A program made the translations under genes and the position numbers. From Pseudomonadota bacterium (lineage in GTDB: Bacteria; Desulfobacterota; Desulfobacteria; Desulfobacterales; RPRI01): DNA of 64,000 bases. The notes under the pieces are model-generated. The model ran no database searches. It saw only the letters and a program-made list of their open reading frames with translations, and was not told where the DNA came from. The stretch lies in the NCBI GenBank assembly GCA_043825875.1, contig JBDRRF010000018.1, forward strand, positions 23,761 through 87,760. Reading direction: 5' to 3'. Shown here one piece after another: positions 29,531 to 39,165 of this stretch. Every line of letters begins with the position of its first letter. Positions within the stretch are counted from its first letter, which is position 1.

Positions 29531-30652
29531 ATGATAGAATCAAAATCGCCCCTCCCAATACCTCTTCGGCCAATATGGCTTGATGACAACCAGGAAGCGG
29601 TCAAAATTATTGACCAGAGACTTCTTCCTCACAAGTTTATCATCGTTGATCTTAAAACCGTTGATGATGTGATAACTGCGATTAAAGATATGTATGTAAG
29701 AGGCGCTCCTCTTATAGGAGTAACAGCAGCATACGGTGTTTATCTTGCCGTACTAAGTCTTTTAAAAAATCAAATCGGAGATGATTTTATTATAAATGAG
29801 TGTAAAAGAATAAAATCTGCAAGGCCTACGGCTATAAATCTTGTATGGGCAGTTGACAGAGTATTAAAAAAGGTTCTTTCTGTTGATAAAATTCAAGATA
29901 AAATTATTGCAGCTCGAGATGAGGCAGCAACAATAGCTGAAGAAGAAGTTAAGAACTGCAAGGATATAGGCCTTCATGGCCTTGAAATAATAGATGAGAT
30001 AAGCCGAAACAAAAACAATGCTACAGTAAATATTTTAACTCATTGTAATGCCGGCTGGCTTGCCTGTGTAGAATACGGCACAGCAACAGCTCCAATTTAT
30101 GCTGCTCATGAAAAAGGGATAGATGTCCATGTCTGGGTTGATGAAACAAGACCGCTTAATCAGGGAGCCAGATTAACAGCATGGGAGTTGGGAAAAAGCG
30201 GTGTAAAACATACGGTAATAACCGACAATGCAGGCGGGCACCTTATGCAAAACGATATGGTTGATCTTGTAATTGTTGGAACCGACAGAACAACATATAA
30301 AGGAGATGTCGCAAACAAGATAGGTACTTATCTGAAAGCTTTGGCGGCAAAAGATAATAATATCCCTTTTTATGTAGCCCTTCCATCCAGCACTTTTGAT
30401 TGGGATATAGACAGTATAAAGGATATGCCTATTGAATTGCGCGATCCGGATGAAGTGCGTTATGTTCAGGGACTTGATATAGATATTATAAAAAACGTTC
30501 TTATTACTCCAAAAGAAAGCCCTGCTGCTAATTTTGCTTTTGATGTCACCCCTTCAAGGCTTGTTACCGGTTTTATAACAGAAAGAGGGATTTGCAATTC
30601 TGAAAATATCGATGAGCTTTTTCCGGATAAGATAAAGATGAAATTTTCTTAA
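29531..30652 (+). CDS. mtnA: S-methyl-5-thioribose-1-phosphate isomerase
   Basis: DQR.LP, VRGAP, RPTA.NL, THCNAG, ETRP..QG, ANKIGT. Confidence 0.95.
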   Translation: MIESKSPLPIPLRPIWLDDNQEAVKIIDQRLLPHKFIIVDLKTVDDVITAIKDMYVRGAPLIGVTAAYGVYLAVLSLLKNQIGDDFIINECKRIKSARPTAINLVWAVDRVLKKVLSVDKIQDKIIAARDEAATIAEEEVKNCKDIGLHGLEIIDEISRNKNNATVNILTHCNAGWLACVEYGTATAPIYAAHEKGIDVHVWVDETRPLNQGARLTAWELGKSGVKHTVITDNAGGHLMQNDMVDLVIVGTDRTTYKGDVANKIGTYLKALAAKDNNIPFYVALPSSTFDWDIDSIKDMPIELRDPDEVRYVQGLDIDIIKNVLITPKESPAANFAFDVTPSRLVTGFITERGICNSENIDELFPDKIKMKFS

Positions 30653-30770
30653 AAGAACATGAATTGTAATTTGCTTGACAACGTGATTTGCCTAGAATAG
30701 GTTTTCCAAAAGAACAAATACTTATAATTTTAGATCAAATTTAATATATATCAGCCTCATTAAAAGAGGA

Positions 30771-32228
30771 ATGTACCATATGAAGATTGACAGAAAGATT
30801 ATTTTCGGTTTGTTTCTAATAGCACTAGTGATTCCTGCAATTGTTTTTGGCAGCGACACCGAATCGCCGACAAATCATATGAGCTTAGGAGAAATTCTTC
30901 CGCTCTGGAGTTGTATCCCTTTTGGTTTTATGCTTCTTTCAATAGCGCTTTTTCCTCTGCTTGCTCCAAACTTCTGGCATCATCATTTCGGCAAAATTTC
31001 ATTTTTCTGGGCAGCTCTGTTAGCCATTCCAGGGTTGGCTATATTTCGCGGAATTGCTTTATATGAAATCCTTCATATTATAATCATTGATTACATACCT
31101 TTTATTATACTGCTCTGGTCGCTTTATGCCGTATCGGGTGGTATTTTGCTGCGCGGTACTCTGGTTGGGACCCCTATTGTAAATACCTGCATGCTTATAA
31201 TAGGAACTTTGCTGGCTTCCTGGATGGGTACTACCGGAGCAGCAATGCTTATGATACGTCCTTTTTTGAGGGCAAACAGCCATCGCAAAAACCGAACTTT
31301 TATGGTGGTGTTTTTTATATTTTTAATCGCCAATGTTGGCGGTGCCCTGACGCCTTTGGGCGATCCACCGCTTTTTTTGGGTTTTTTACATGGCGTGCCT
31401 TTTTTCTGGACACTTAATATTGCTCCTCATATGATTCTTGTAGCAGGATTACTTCTTATAATTTATTTTTTTATGGATTCATATCACTTCCGCCGCGAGA
31501 AACCATCACCAATAAACCTAAATAAAAAAGTGCCTTTCGGGATAGAGGGAAAGCACAATTTCCTTTTAATAGCAGCAATTGTTGGTGCAGTTCTTATGAG
31601 CGGCATAGCAGACTGGGGAGAGGTTTCAATTTTCGGGGTACACACTTCTTTGCAGGATCTGGTTCGTAACGGGCTTTTACTGATGATAGGAACTTTATCA
31701 ATAGTAACCACAAAAATAACTATTTATGAAGAAAATAATTTTTCATGGGCGCCGATCATTGAAGTTGCTTATCTTTTTATCGGTATTTTTATTACTATGA
31801 TTCCATGCTTGCTGATTTTAAAAGCAGGCAGCAAAGGAGCCCTTGCTTTTATTATTAATTCAGTTCAGGATCCGGTTCATTTTTTCTGGATTACAGGGAT
31901 ATTTTCGGCCTTTCTTGACAATGCACCTACTTATCTGACTTTTTTCAATACTGCTTTGGGAAGTTATTGTCCATCATTGCCGGAATCGGCTGCCATAGCT
32001 TATCTTATTGCCAAACACCCGATATATCTTGAGGCCATTTCTACAGGAGCTGTTTTTTTTGGAGCTTGCAGCTATATCGGCAATGCCCCCAATTTTATGG
32101 TACGATCTATAGCCGAAGAAGCAGGCACTCCTATGCCCAGCTTTTTCGGCTATATCATCAAATATACACTTTTGATACTTATTCCGGTTTATATATTAGT
32201 AACTTTTATCTTTTTCTGGGGCAGGTGA
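30771..32228 (+). CDS. Ion-transporter superfamily membrane protein (putative Na+:H+ antiporter)
   Basis: GTTGA, ANVGG.LTPLGDPP, LDNAPTY, YIGNAPN; multiple TM segments. Confidence 0.8.
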   Translation: MYHMKIDRKIIFGLFLIALVIPAIVFGSDTESPTNHMSLGEILPLWSCIPFGFMLLSIALFPLLAPNFWHHHFGKISFFWAALLAIPGLAIFRGIALYEILHIIIIDYIPFIILLWSLYAVSGGILLRGTLVGTPIVNTCMLIIGTLLASWMGTTGAAMLMIRPFLRANSHRKNRTFMVVFFIFLIANVGGALTPLGDPPLFLGFLHGVPFFWTLNIAPHMILVAGLLLIIYFFMDSYHFRREKPSPINLNKKVPFGIEGKHNFLLIAAIVGAVLMSGIADWGEVSIFGVHTSLQDLVRNGLLLMIGTLSIVTTKITIYEENNFSWAPIIEVAYLFIGIFITMIPCLLILKAGSKGALAFIINSVQDPVHFFWITGIFSAFLDNAPTYLTFFNTALGSYCPSLPESAAIAYLIAKHPIYLEAISTGAVFFGACSYIGNAPNFMVRSIAEEAGTPMPSFFGYIIKYTLLILIPVYILVTFIFFWGR

Positions 32229-32231
32229 AAA

Positions 32232-33119
32232 ATGAAATTTGGAAAAATACTGTTTAATACACGTTTTAAAGACAATGCAATTAGCGCTCTTGAGGAGATG
32301 ACAGATCTTAGAGCAATTGGTCTTAAAGAAGTCGTGCTGGTCTATGTTATCCCGAGAGACAGTGTAGCTTTTGTGCCTTATGGAGGTTATCAAAAAGAAA
32401 AAGAATTGGAAATTAAGAAAAAAGTATCAGATAAGTTTGAGAAGTGGGTTGATGTTCTTGCGAAAAAAGGGGTTAAAAGCAAAATACGTATTGAAGTCGG
32501 CATGCCGAATGCTGTAATCCTTTCCGTAGCTGAAAAAGAAAAAGTAGACATAATCGTTGCGGGAAGCAAAAAACGCTCATTACTGGAAAAAGTTTATGTG
32601 GGAACACACCTGCTGGATCTTGCACGCCGCAGCCCTATCCCGATATTGATGAACAAGTACCTGGCTGAATATGAAAAAGACGGTGAAATAATAACAAAGG
32701 TTAATGAGCATATTTTTGACCGTCCCATGATAGCTACGGATTGGTCATGCCCTTCGGGAAACGCACTTGAAGCTCTGATATCTCTTAAGGGATTAGCTTC
32801 TAAAATTATAGTAGCTCATAATATCGGTTTTAAAATAACTAAAGCTATGAGCCCTGCCCAGTTTAAGGAAATTAAAAAAGAAAGCCGCAAGAGGCTTGAA
32901 GAATACCAAAATCGTCTGAAAGAAGTGGGTATTGATTCGGAAACCAGCCTGACTTCCGGACGGACTGTGCCTGAACTTATCAATGTTTCGCGAAAGCATA
33001 ATGCCTCCATGATTGTTATGGGAAGAACAGGAAAAGACTGGCTCAGCCAATACTGGTTAGGCGGTGTATCTCACAGGATAGCTGAAACCTCAGAATTGCC
33101 TGTATTACTTATTCCCTAA
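32232..33119 (+). CDS. Tandem universal stress protein
   Basis: Two USP domains; IVMGRTG..LGGVS..PVLLI. Confidence 0.88.
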   Translation: MKFGKILFNTRFKDNAISALEEMTDLRAIGLKEVVLVYVIPRDSVAFVPYGGYQKEKELEIKKKVSDKFEKWVDVLAKKGVKSKIRIEVGMPNAVILSVAEKEKVDIIVAGSKKRSLLEKVYVGTHLLDLARRSPIPILMNKYLAEYEKDGEIITKVNEHIFDRPMIATDWSCPSGNALEALISLKGLASKIIVAHNIGFKITKAMSPAQFKEIKKESRKRLEEYQNRLKEVGIDSETSLTSGRTVPELINVSRKHNASMIVMGRTGKDWLSQYWLGGVSHRIAETSELPVLLIP

Positions 33120-33131
33120 CAATTATTATTT

Positions 33132-33274
33132 GAGCCAGTTCCAAAACGCCCCATTTTGGCCGATCTCTGCGTTGGGCTCAAATTTCAATCCTCAAAATAC
33201 TAAATTGTATTCCTGCGGTTGAAATTTTCTCCCGCCTTGAGCTTGACCAAACTGAAACGTTTTGAAAGTGGCTC
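33132..33274 (-). mobile_element. MITE family A, copy 3
   Basis: Same TIRs and core; its end overlaps the motB TGA stop. Confidence 0.85.
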
Positions 33275-34145
33275 ATTCGTTATTATTTCCATTTAAAGGA
33301 TTGCCAATTTTCTGTATCTCAGGTTTAGACATATTAATGGGTGAGTATTGATCCTTCTGGGCAGATCCTTTTTTATCAGACAATGACAGGGGTAAAAGAA
33401 TGCTTACCCGTCTATTTGAAAAGTCTAAAGGCTTATCAGGAAGCCTTAGATTTCTGTCTGCAAAACCCCGCACTTCAAGTATCTGATCCTTTCGCAAGCC
33501 GCCTTCTTCCAGTATCTTTCTTGCACTGTTGGCTCTTTCGGTACTTAGTTCCCAGTTGGAATAGCCCGAAGAAGATACATAAGGTCTTGCATCTGTGTAG
33601 CCCTCAATTATGATTCCGTTTTTTAGTTTGCCCAGATGTGATGCTGCAAGTACATGTAATAACTTTATCGTTTCAGGCTTTATTTGAGCTTTTCCTATAT
33701 CAAAAAAAAGACCTTCGGATGCCTCAACAAGATTAATTCGCATACCCTCATTTGACACAGACACCATAATCTTATCCTTAAATCTTTCAAATTCCGGGGT
33801 CTGATCTATAGTTTTTGAGATTTTTGACGCTTCTGCCATAAGTGTCTCCATTTCAAAGGCACGTTTGTCTACTGGTATAGGCGCAGGCGACAATGACATT
33901 GGTTTTTGCTCATCAGGGAGAATCCCTCCGGCTCTGCCTTCCGAAAAAACTCCCGGGTCATTAAAATATGCGCCGATATATTGTTTTACCTCTTTGCTTT
34001 GTCCTACAATCCATAAAACTATAAAAAGCGCCATCATTGCGGTAACAAAGTCTGCATATGCAACCTTCCATGCTCCTCCGTGATGACCGCCATGACCACT
34101 TTTTTTCTTAATAATTATAATCGGGGGAAGTGTTTCATCGTCCAT
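33273..34145 (-). CDS. motB: Flagellar motor stator MotB
   Basis: HGGAWKVAYADFVTAMMA; OmpA-like NWELS.ERA and NRRV. Confidence 0.95.
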   Translation of the reverse strand: MDDETLPPIIIIKKKSGHGGHHGGAWKVAYADFVTAMMALFIVLWIVGQSKEVKQYIGAYFNDPGVFSEGRAGGILPDEQKPMSLSPAPIPVDKRAFEMETLMAEASKISKTIDQTPEFERFKDKIMVSVSNEGMRINLVEASEGLFFDIGKAQIKPETIKLLHVLAASHLGKLKNGIIIEGYTDARPYVSSSGYSNWELSTERANSARKILEEGGLRKDQILEVRGFADRNLRLPDKPLDFSNRRVSILLPLSLSDKKGSAQKDQYSPINMSKPEIQKIGNPLNGNNNE

Positions 34146-34146
34146 T

Positions 34147-34998
34147 TTATTTACCCTTTACATGCTTTTCCATTTCCTGAAATTCAGGCCTGTAATCATT
34201 TGGAATAGAGCGTCTTGCAAATTCTACTGCTATAATAGGATTTAGTCCTTTTGCAAAGGCTATCATTCCCGACTTAATTGCATCATAGATTTTAGATTCA
34301 TCATCGTTGGTCAAATCAATATTTGTGGCAAGCGGCTGAATAAAACCATACGAAAGATATATACCAAGAAAGGTTCCTACAAGAGCAACCGCAACCTTAT
34401 GGCCGATCACTTCGGGTGGGCCATCAATGGCCTGCATTGTTATAACAATACCCAGCACAGCAGCCACGATTCCAAGGCCCGGCATTGAATCACCGATTTT
34501 CTGAAGAATCATACCCGGTTTTGATCCTTCGTGGTGATGAGTTTCAATATCACAGTCTATAAGAGCTTCCATATCGTGGGCGGCTACCCCTCCAAGCACT
34601 ACAAGACGAAATGTATCGCATATGAAATGAAGAAGATGGTGGTTATTTAGAAATTTAGGGTATTGAGTAAAAATAGTGCTTTTTTCAGGATTTTCAATAT
34701 GTGCCTCCAGAGCAATAAGTCCGTCTTTACGACTTAACTGAAAAACATCAAACAGGAGCTTTAAAAGATCAAGGTATGTTTGCTTGCTTATTGAAGAGCC
34801 TTTCATTGTACCCATTATTCTACCCATTACATCTTTGAGAAGGCTGGCCGGGGCCGAAATAAAAAGCGCTCCGAGTGCTGCACCACCTATAATCAAAAAT
34901 TCAACCGGCTGTACAATGACAGCTAAAGTGCCTCCTTCCAACACAAAACCACCGAAAACACTTACAATAACCACTACAATACCTATAATTACAAACAT
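34147..34998 (-). CDS. motA: Flagellar motor stator MotA
   Basis: RKDGLIALE, PGLGIVAAVLG, ALVGTFLG, AVEFARR. Confidence 0.95.
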   Translation of the reverse strand: MFVIIGIVVVIVSVFGGFVLEGGTLAVIVQPVEFLIIGGAALGALFISAPASLLKDVMGRIMGTMKGSSISKQTYLDLLKLLFDVFQLSRKDGLIALEAHIENPEKSTIFTQYPKFLNNHHLLHFICDTFRLVVLGGVAAHDMEALIDCDIETHHHEGSKPGMILQKIGDSMPGLGIVAAVLGIVITMQAIDGPPEVIGHKVAVALVGTFLGIYLSYGFIQPLATNIDLTNDDESKIYDAIKSGMIAFAKGLNPIIAVEFARRSIPNDYRPEFQEMEKHVKGK

Positions 34999-35111
34999 CT
35001 CTTTTCTTTCCTTTCCGATTTAATAAGGAAGTATTTGAAGTGGATCAGATACATACCCATAAAAATAGTCCAATGTTTTACTTCCGAGGTGCTAATCAGC
35101 TGTCTATTTAT

Positions 35112-35138
35112 TTATCGGCACAATATAGTAAAACTTTA
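35112..35138 (-). promoter_or_regulatory. Sigma-28 (FliA) promoter of motAB
   Basis: Minus strand TAAAGTTT-N11-GCCGATAA, an exact consensus match. Confidence 0.8.
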
Positions 35139-35224
35139 TAAAGTCTTTTTAGCTAATATTAATGATTGAGCGGGAGTTTTAAGAAAAGGGTTTGAATTAT
35201 TTATTAATTATGTGCGTGAATTAA

Positions 35225-35357
35225 ACTTTTGAGGGATTTATAAAAATCCATCAACCGGTTAAGGGTTGATAGATCCTGGCCTTGGATAAGGGCGGAACCA
35301 CTTAGATTTATGTCAAGCTGCAAAACAGTGGAAATTTTTTATGGACTCGCTAAAAGT
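35225..35357. repeat. Possible degenerate MITE-like element
   Basis: Imperfect terminal inverted repeats ACTTTTGAGGGATTTATAAAAA / TTTTTATGGACTCGCTAAAAGT. Confidence 0.35.
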
Positions 35358-35378
35358 CGATTAAGTCTTAAAAAAGAA

Positions 35379-37193
35379 TTAGAAATTGCATATAGTGCCA
35401 AGCCTCTGGTCATACATCTTACCCACTCCATATTCATTTCGTCTCATAAATTTATCTTCTGAAGGGCCACTGATTTGCATTTCAGGATGTTTTTTGAGGA
35501 CTTCGCTTGCGATTTTCATCTCTTTTGTACAACCGGTGCTAAACGTTGCATCTTTACCTACCCATTCGGGAGGAACTTTTCTTCCCAGGATCTGAAAAGT
35601 TTCAACTATGTCATCATATGTCTGAAATCTCCATATGTCGATCAAGCCGCTTCTTTGGACTATTTCCCACATATACATCAGATCATCGGCATCCATCCCT
35701 TCTTCGTAGTATTCTGAAGGATTAATTATAAATGTCATAGAAAAGCGTTCCCTAAGATGCTGGATGAAAACGGACATAATTTTTTTGGCCATTTTAATCT
35801 TTCCGGGGATAGAACCTATTATGCCACTGTAAAATATAACAGTCATACCCTTTTTCTTAGATTCAGACATCTGGTTGATAATTGTATTTGCCTTTATTTC
35901 TAAACTCTCATAGGAAAATTTAATCACAGAAGGATGTTTTGGTTTGTAACTTATATTTACCGAATCGTTTTCACCGGATGAAATATTATAAATATCCTGT
36001 GTGAATTGGAAATGGGAGTTGAAAAAACGCCTTTTCTGGTCAGACCCTCTTGAAATAATAAAATCGACTTCTTTGAAAAAACGGGCAAAAGTTGTAGATG
36101 TAAGAAGAAGATTTATGTTTTCAAAAATTCCGTCTGATATTGCCATGATATCATTATCACTTCTTATAATCCTGATCAGTTCATTTTTGCCAAGATGGCT
36201 GTCTTTTATTAAATATGTTCCTTTAAGGTCTTCAGTCATGGTTTCATCTCCCATGGCATCATAAAAAGTAGCTTTTGTAAAAAGAGGGCCTTCCTTAAAC
36301 ACCAGAATTATTTTATGGCCAAGTTTTGCAAGATATTTGACTATTGTAATATCCACAACAGCTTCACCGGCTTCGTCTATAAGCCATAAAATCTTCTTGC
36401 GCAACTCATGCCCGCTATTACTGTCGCTTTTGCAAAGAAGGTCAAAAAGCAGTTCGGCTCCATTTCCTGTAAATTTTCTTTCGAATATTTTCAAAAAATC
36501 CTCTTCAGTATATCCGGCCGATTTAGCGGATGTCCAAAGGGAATTTTCTACACAAAGAGTAAATAGTCTTTTAAGTTCAAGGTAGTCCGCCAGTTTTCTG
36601 ATATCGGAAATTGTTCCTGGAATATCTTTAAAATATGATGGGTCTACAATGTTTAAGGCTTTTTTGCAGGATTCTGATTTCAAGGCTTTTCTAGTAGAAA
36701 CATTCCGAAAGGCTTTGTCACATAAATAAGGGTCTAGTATATTTGAATGATTGATGAATATTCTAAGCAGTCGCTTTTCAAGACGCGACGGGAGCATAAT
36801 AGTATCTTTTGTTTCATGCATGAACTTAATTTTTATCAAAGATTTGAGAAAATTATTTTCGTTATCATCTTCTATCTGATCATCCACAACATTAAGTATC
36901 CGCTCAAGAACAGCATTATATTTTTCATGCACAAAATCTTGATCATTACGATTCATTATGCTTTCAAACATTTTATCGGAACATGGATAATACCGCTCGT
37001 CTTCTTGAGTATAAACCATAAACCTCACCTGCTCGGGAGTTGCAACCTGTTCGGGATACGAGTTATAATCAAGGTGATTTTCAATAAAAAAAGCGACATA
37101 CCAGGCATCTTTCTCAGGATTTTCACCTTCTGTATAGATGCTCTTTTGTTCCGGTGTAGTTGGTTTTAACGAGTCATTATGAAAAAATTCCAT
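35379..37193 (-). CDS. ARMT1/DUF89-like domain protein with an extra C-terminal domain
   Basis: LWLIDEAGE.VVD, K.GP....A and DFIISRG resemble DUF89 motifs. Confidence 0.6.
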   Translation of the reverse strand: MEFFHNDSLKPTTPEQKSIYTEGENPEKDAWYVAFFIENHLDYNSYPEQVATPEQVRFMVYTQEDERYYPCSDKMFESIMNRNDQDFVHEKYNAVLERILNVVDDQIEDDNENNFLKSLIKIKFMHETKDTIMLPSRLEKRLLRIFINHSNILDPYLCDKAFRNVSTRKALKSESCKKALNIVDPSYFKDIPGTISDIRKLADYLELKRLFTLCVENSLWTSAKSAGYTEEDFLKIFERKFTGNGAELLFDLLCKSDSNSGHELRKKILWLIDEAGEAVVDITIVKYLAKLGHKIILVFKEGPLFTKATFYDAMGDETMTEDLKGTYLIKDSHLGKNELIRIIRSDNDIMAISDGIFENINLLLTSTTFARFFKEVDFIISRGSDQKRRFFNSHFQFTQDIYNISSGENDSVNISYKPKHPSVIKFSYESLEIKANTIINQMSESKKKGMTVIFYSGIIGSIPGKIKMAKKIMSVFIQHLRERFSMTFIINPSEYYEEGMDADDLMYMWEIVQRSGLIDIWRFQTYDDIVETFQILGRKVPPEWVGKDATFSTGCTKEMKIASEVLKKHPEMQISGPSEDKFMRRNEYGVGKMYDQRLGTICNF

Positions 37194-37377
37194 TAAAGTT
37201 CTCCTGTGTTAAATGGAAAATAAAAATTGAGCAGTATTGGGAAAAGAAGCGGATGGAAGAAAATAGAAGTATATAGTATTTTGCAAAAAAATATTACTAT
37301 TGATACGAAGTTTATAAACTCTCGCATTAAAATTATTTGAAACAATAAAATCAATGACAATATTCACAAAATATAAG

Positions 37378-38094
37378 CTATTTTAACAAGAATCTCATCT
37401 TTGCAGAACCGATTTCTATAACATCAAAATCCTTAAGTTTAACAGATTCACTTACAGCAGTTCCGTTGACTTTTGGTTTTGACCCGCTTTCATGACTTAA
37501 AAAATAGCCGCTTGGTCTTTTGCTTATAGTGGTTGAAACCTGGCCTACCATAAATCCGCCTATTACTATGTCATTTGTTGATGCTTTACCAATTTTGAAA
37601 AGTTTTTTTGATAGCTCTATTTCTCCTGTTCCCCCTGATATAAATGATAGCATGCCGGCAGGTTCAGTTATCTGAGTTTTAGCTGCCTGGAGTGAAGCGG
37701 CATTAGGAGTACTCTTGGCAAGCATAGATTTGTATGCATCAGTATCCATAACCATAGTCTGATCCAAATCTTCCGGAGCGGTGGCTTCGGGTTTGGTTTC
37801 AGTATCTTTGTATTGAAAAACAAGACTATGCTTGCCTATTGTAATGCTATCTCCATGTTGAAGCCAGTGTGAACTTACATACTGTTCGTTAACAAAGGAG
37901 CCGTTTTTGCTTTGAAGATCGGTTAACAAAAAACCTTCACCAACCGAATCTATCTTGGCATGGTGACCGGATACGGCAAGATTGTCGATAACAATATTGT
38001 TATCTTCCCGCCTTCCGATATTAATCGATTTCTCTTTTTCAAGAACGTATTCGGAAATAACATTATCTTTGAATTTAAGTGTTAGTGTCGGCAT
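37378..38094 (-). CDS. Double FHA domain protein
   Basis: IGR, VSGHHA, DLQSKNG.FVN; second FHA degenerate. Confidence 0.9.
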   Translation of the reverse strand: MPTLTLKFKDNVISEYVLEKEKSINIGRREDNNIVIDNLAVSGHHAKIDSVGEGFLLTDLQSKNGSFVNEQYVSSHWLQHGDSITIGKHSLVFQYKDTETKPEATAPEDLDQTMVMDTDAYKSMLAKSTPNAASLQAAKTQITEPAGMLSFISGGTGEIELSKKLFKIGKASTNDIVIGGFMVGQVSTTISKRPSGYFLSHESGSKPKVNGTAVSESVKLKDFDVIEIGSAKMRFLLK

Positions 38095-38133
38095 TGCAAT
38101 ACCTCATTTATAAAGGTTAGTAAAAATAAAAAA

Positions 38134-38955
38134 CTATTTAAAAAAGTTTTTTAGCTTTGATATCAATCCTTTCATCAGGCCGTTTCGATTTTTTTTATCC
38201 TTAACCTTTAAGACAATAACAGTTATGTTATCATTGCCTCCGCGTTCATTTGCAAGATCAACGAGCAAACTGCATGCCTTCTGAGGCTGTTCTTGTCTTA
38301 CTGTTTCAAGTATCTCTTCAGGCGTAACATTGTCTGATAGTCCGTCTGAACTTAATACTAATACGTCTCCCTGGAAGTAGGGAGTTTCGCATATATCAGG
38401 CTCTATCGTTTCTTTGATTCCGACAGCCTGAGTTAGCATGTGCTTGAAATGGTGCTCAAGCATTTTGGCCCTTTGCGGATCAATAGCCATCTGTTCAGCT
38501 AAAACAGTATGCGGTACGGATAAAAGTTCTATACAGCCATTATGGATAAGATAAATCGGGCTATCGCCCACATTGGTTGCAATCAAATTATTTTCAGTAA
38601 AAAGAACAGCTGAAACAGTTGATCCCATTTCTTCATATGCTTCATTGCTTTTAGATAAACTATAAACTCCTTTATTGGCAAGATGAATGCTTGAAATAAG
38701 CCGGTTAGCTTCTTTTGAAAGAGAAATATCCGAATCTTCAAGCTCCTCGACACCAACAGTATTATCTTCAAAACGTTTCATATAATCACGGATAGTATCT
38801 ACAGCAATAGAGCTGGCTACTTCTCCGGCATTGTGTCCGCCCATACCATCAGCAACTACAAAAAGGTTCATGGAATTGTCGATATATAGGGCATCTTCAT
38901 TCTTTTTTCTTTTTCTTCCGACATCACTAATGCCTGCTGATTCAACAACTACCAT
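38134..38955 (-). CDS. PP2C-family Ser/Thr phosphatase (Stp1-like)
   Basis: GRKR..NED, VADGMGGH, NVGDS, SDGL, GGNDN. Confidence 0.93.
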   Translation of the reverse strand: MVVVESAGISDVGRKRKKNEDALYIDNSMNLFVVADGMGGHNAGEVASSIAVDTIRDYMKRFEDNTVGVEELEDSDISLSKEANRLISSIHLANKGVYSLSKSNEAYEEMGSTVSAVLFTENNLIATNVGDSPIYLIHNGCIELLSVPHTVLAEQMAIDPQRAKMLEHHFKHMLTQAVGIKETIEPDICETPYFQGDVLVLSSDGLSDNVTPEEILETVRQEQPQKACSLLVDLANERGGNDNITVIVLKVKDKKNRNGLMKGLISKLKNFFK

Positions 38956-39165
38956 GTATGCTATGTTCCTATATGTACTAATACAAAAGATAATGTGGAA
39001 TTGATCTTTAAATTAATAATAATCCAACTTTTTCCTTATATAATAAAAAGTTGTTGAGGTCAAGCAAGATAAATATATAAAATATAATTTCTTTTAAGAT
39101 TAATTATCAAGTTATAAAGTGTTATTCACACCCTGCCATGCATATTATATCAGATGAATACGCAA

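Noticed and set aside
33273..34998. Orphan motAB as a Zorya (ZorAB) defence system
   Set aside because: Canonical MotA length with no long tail, a MotB plug motif, an exact sigma-28 promoter and no zorC/D/E.
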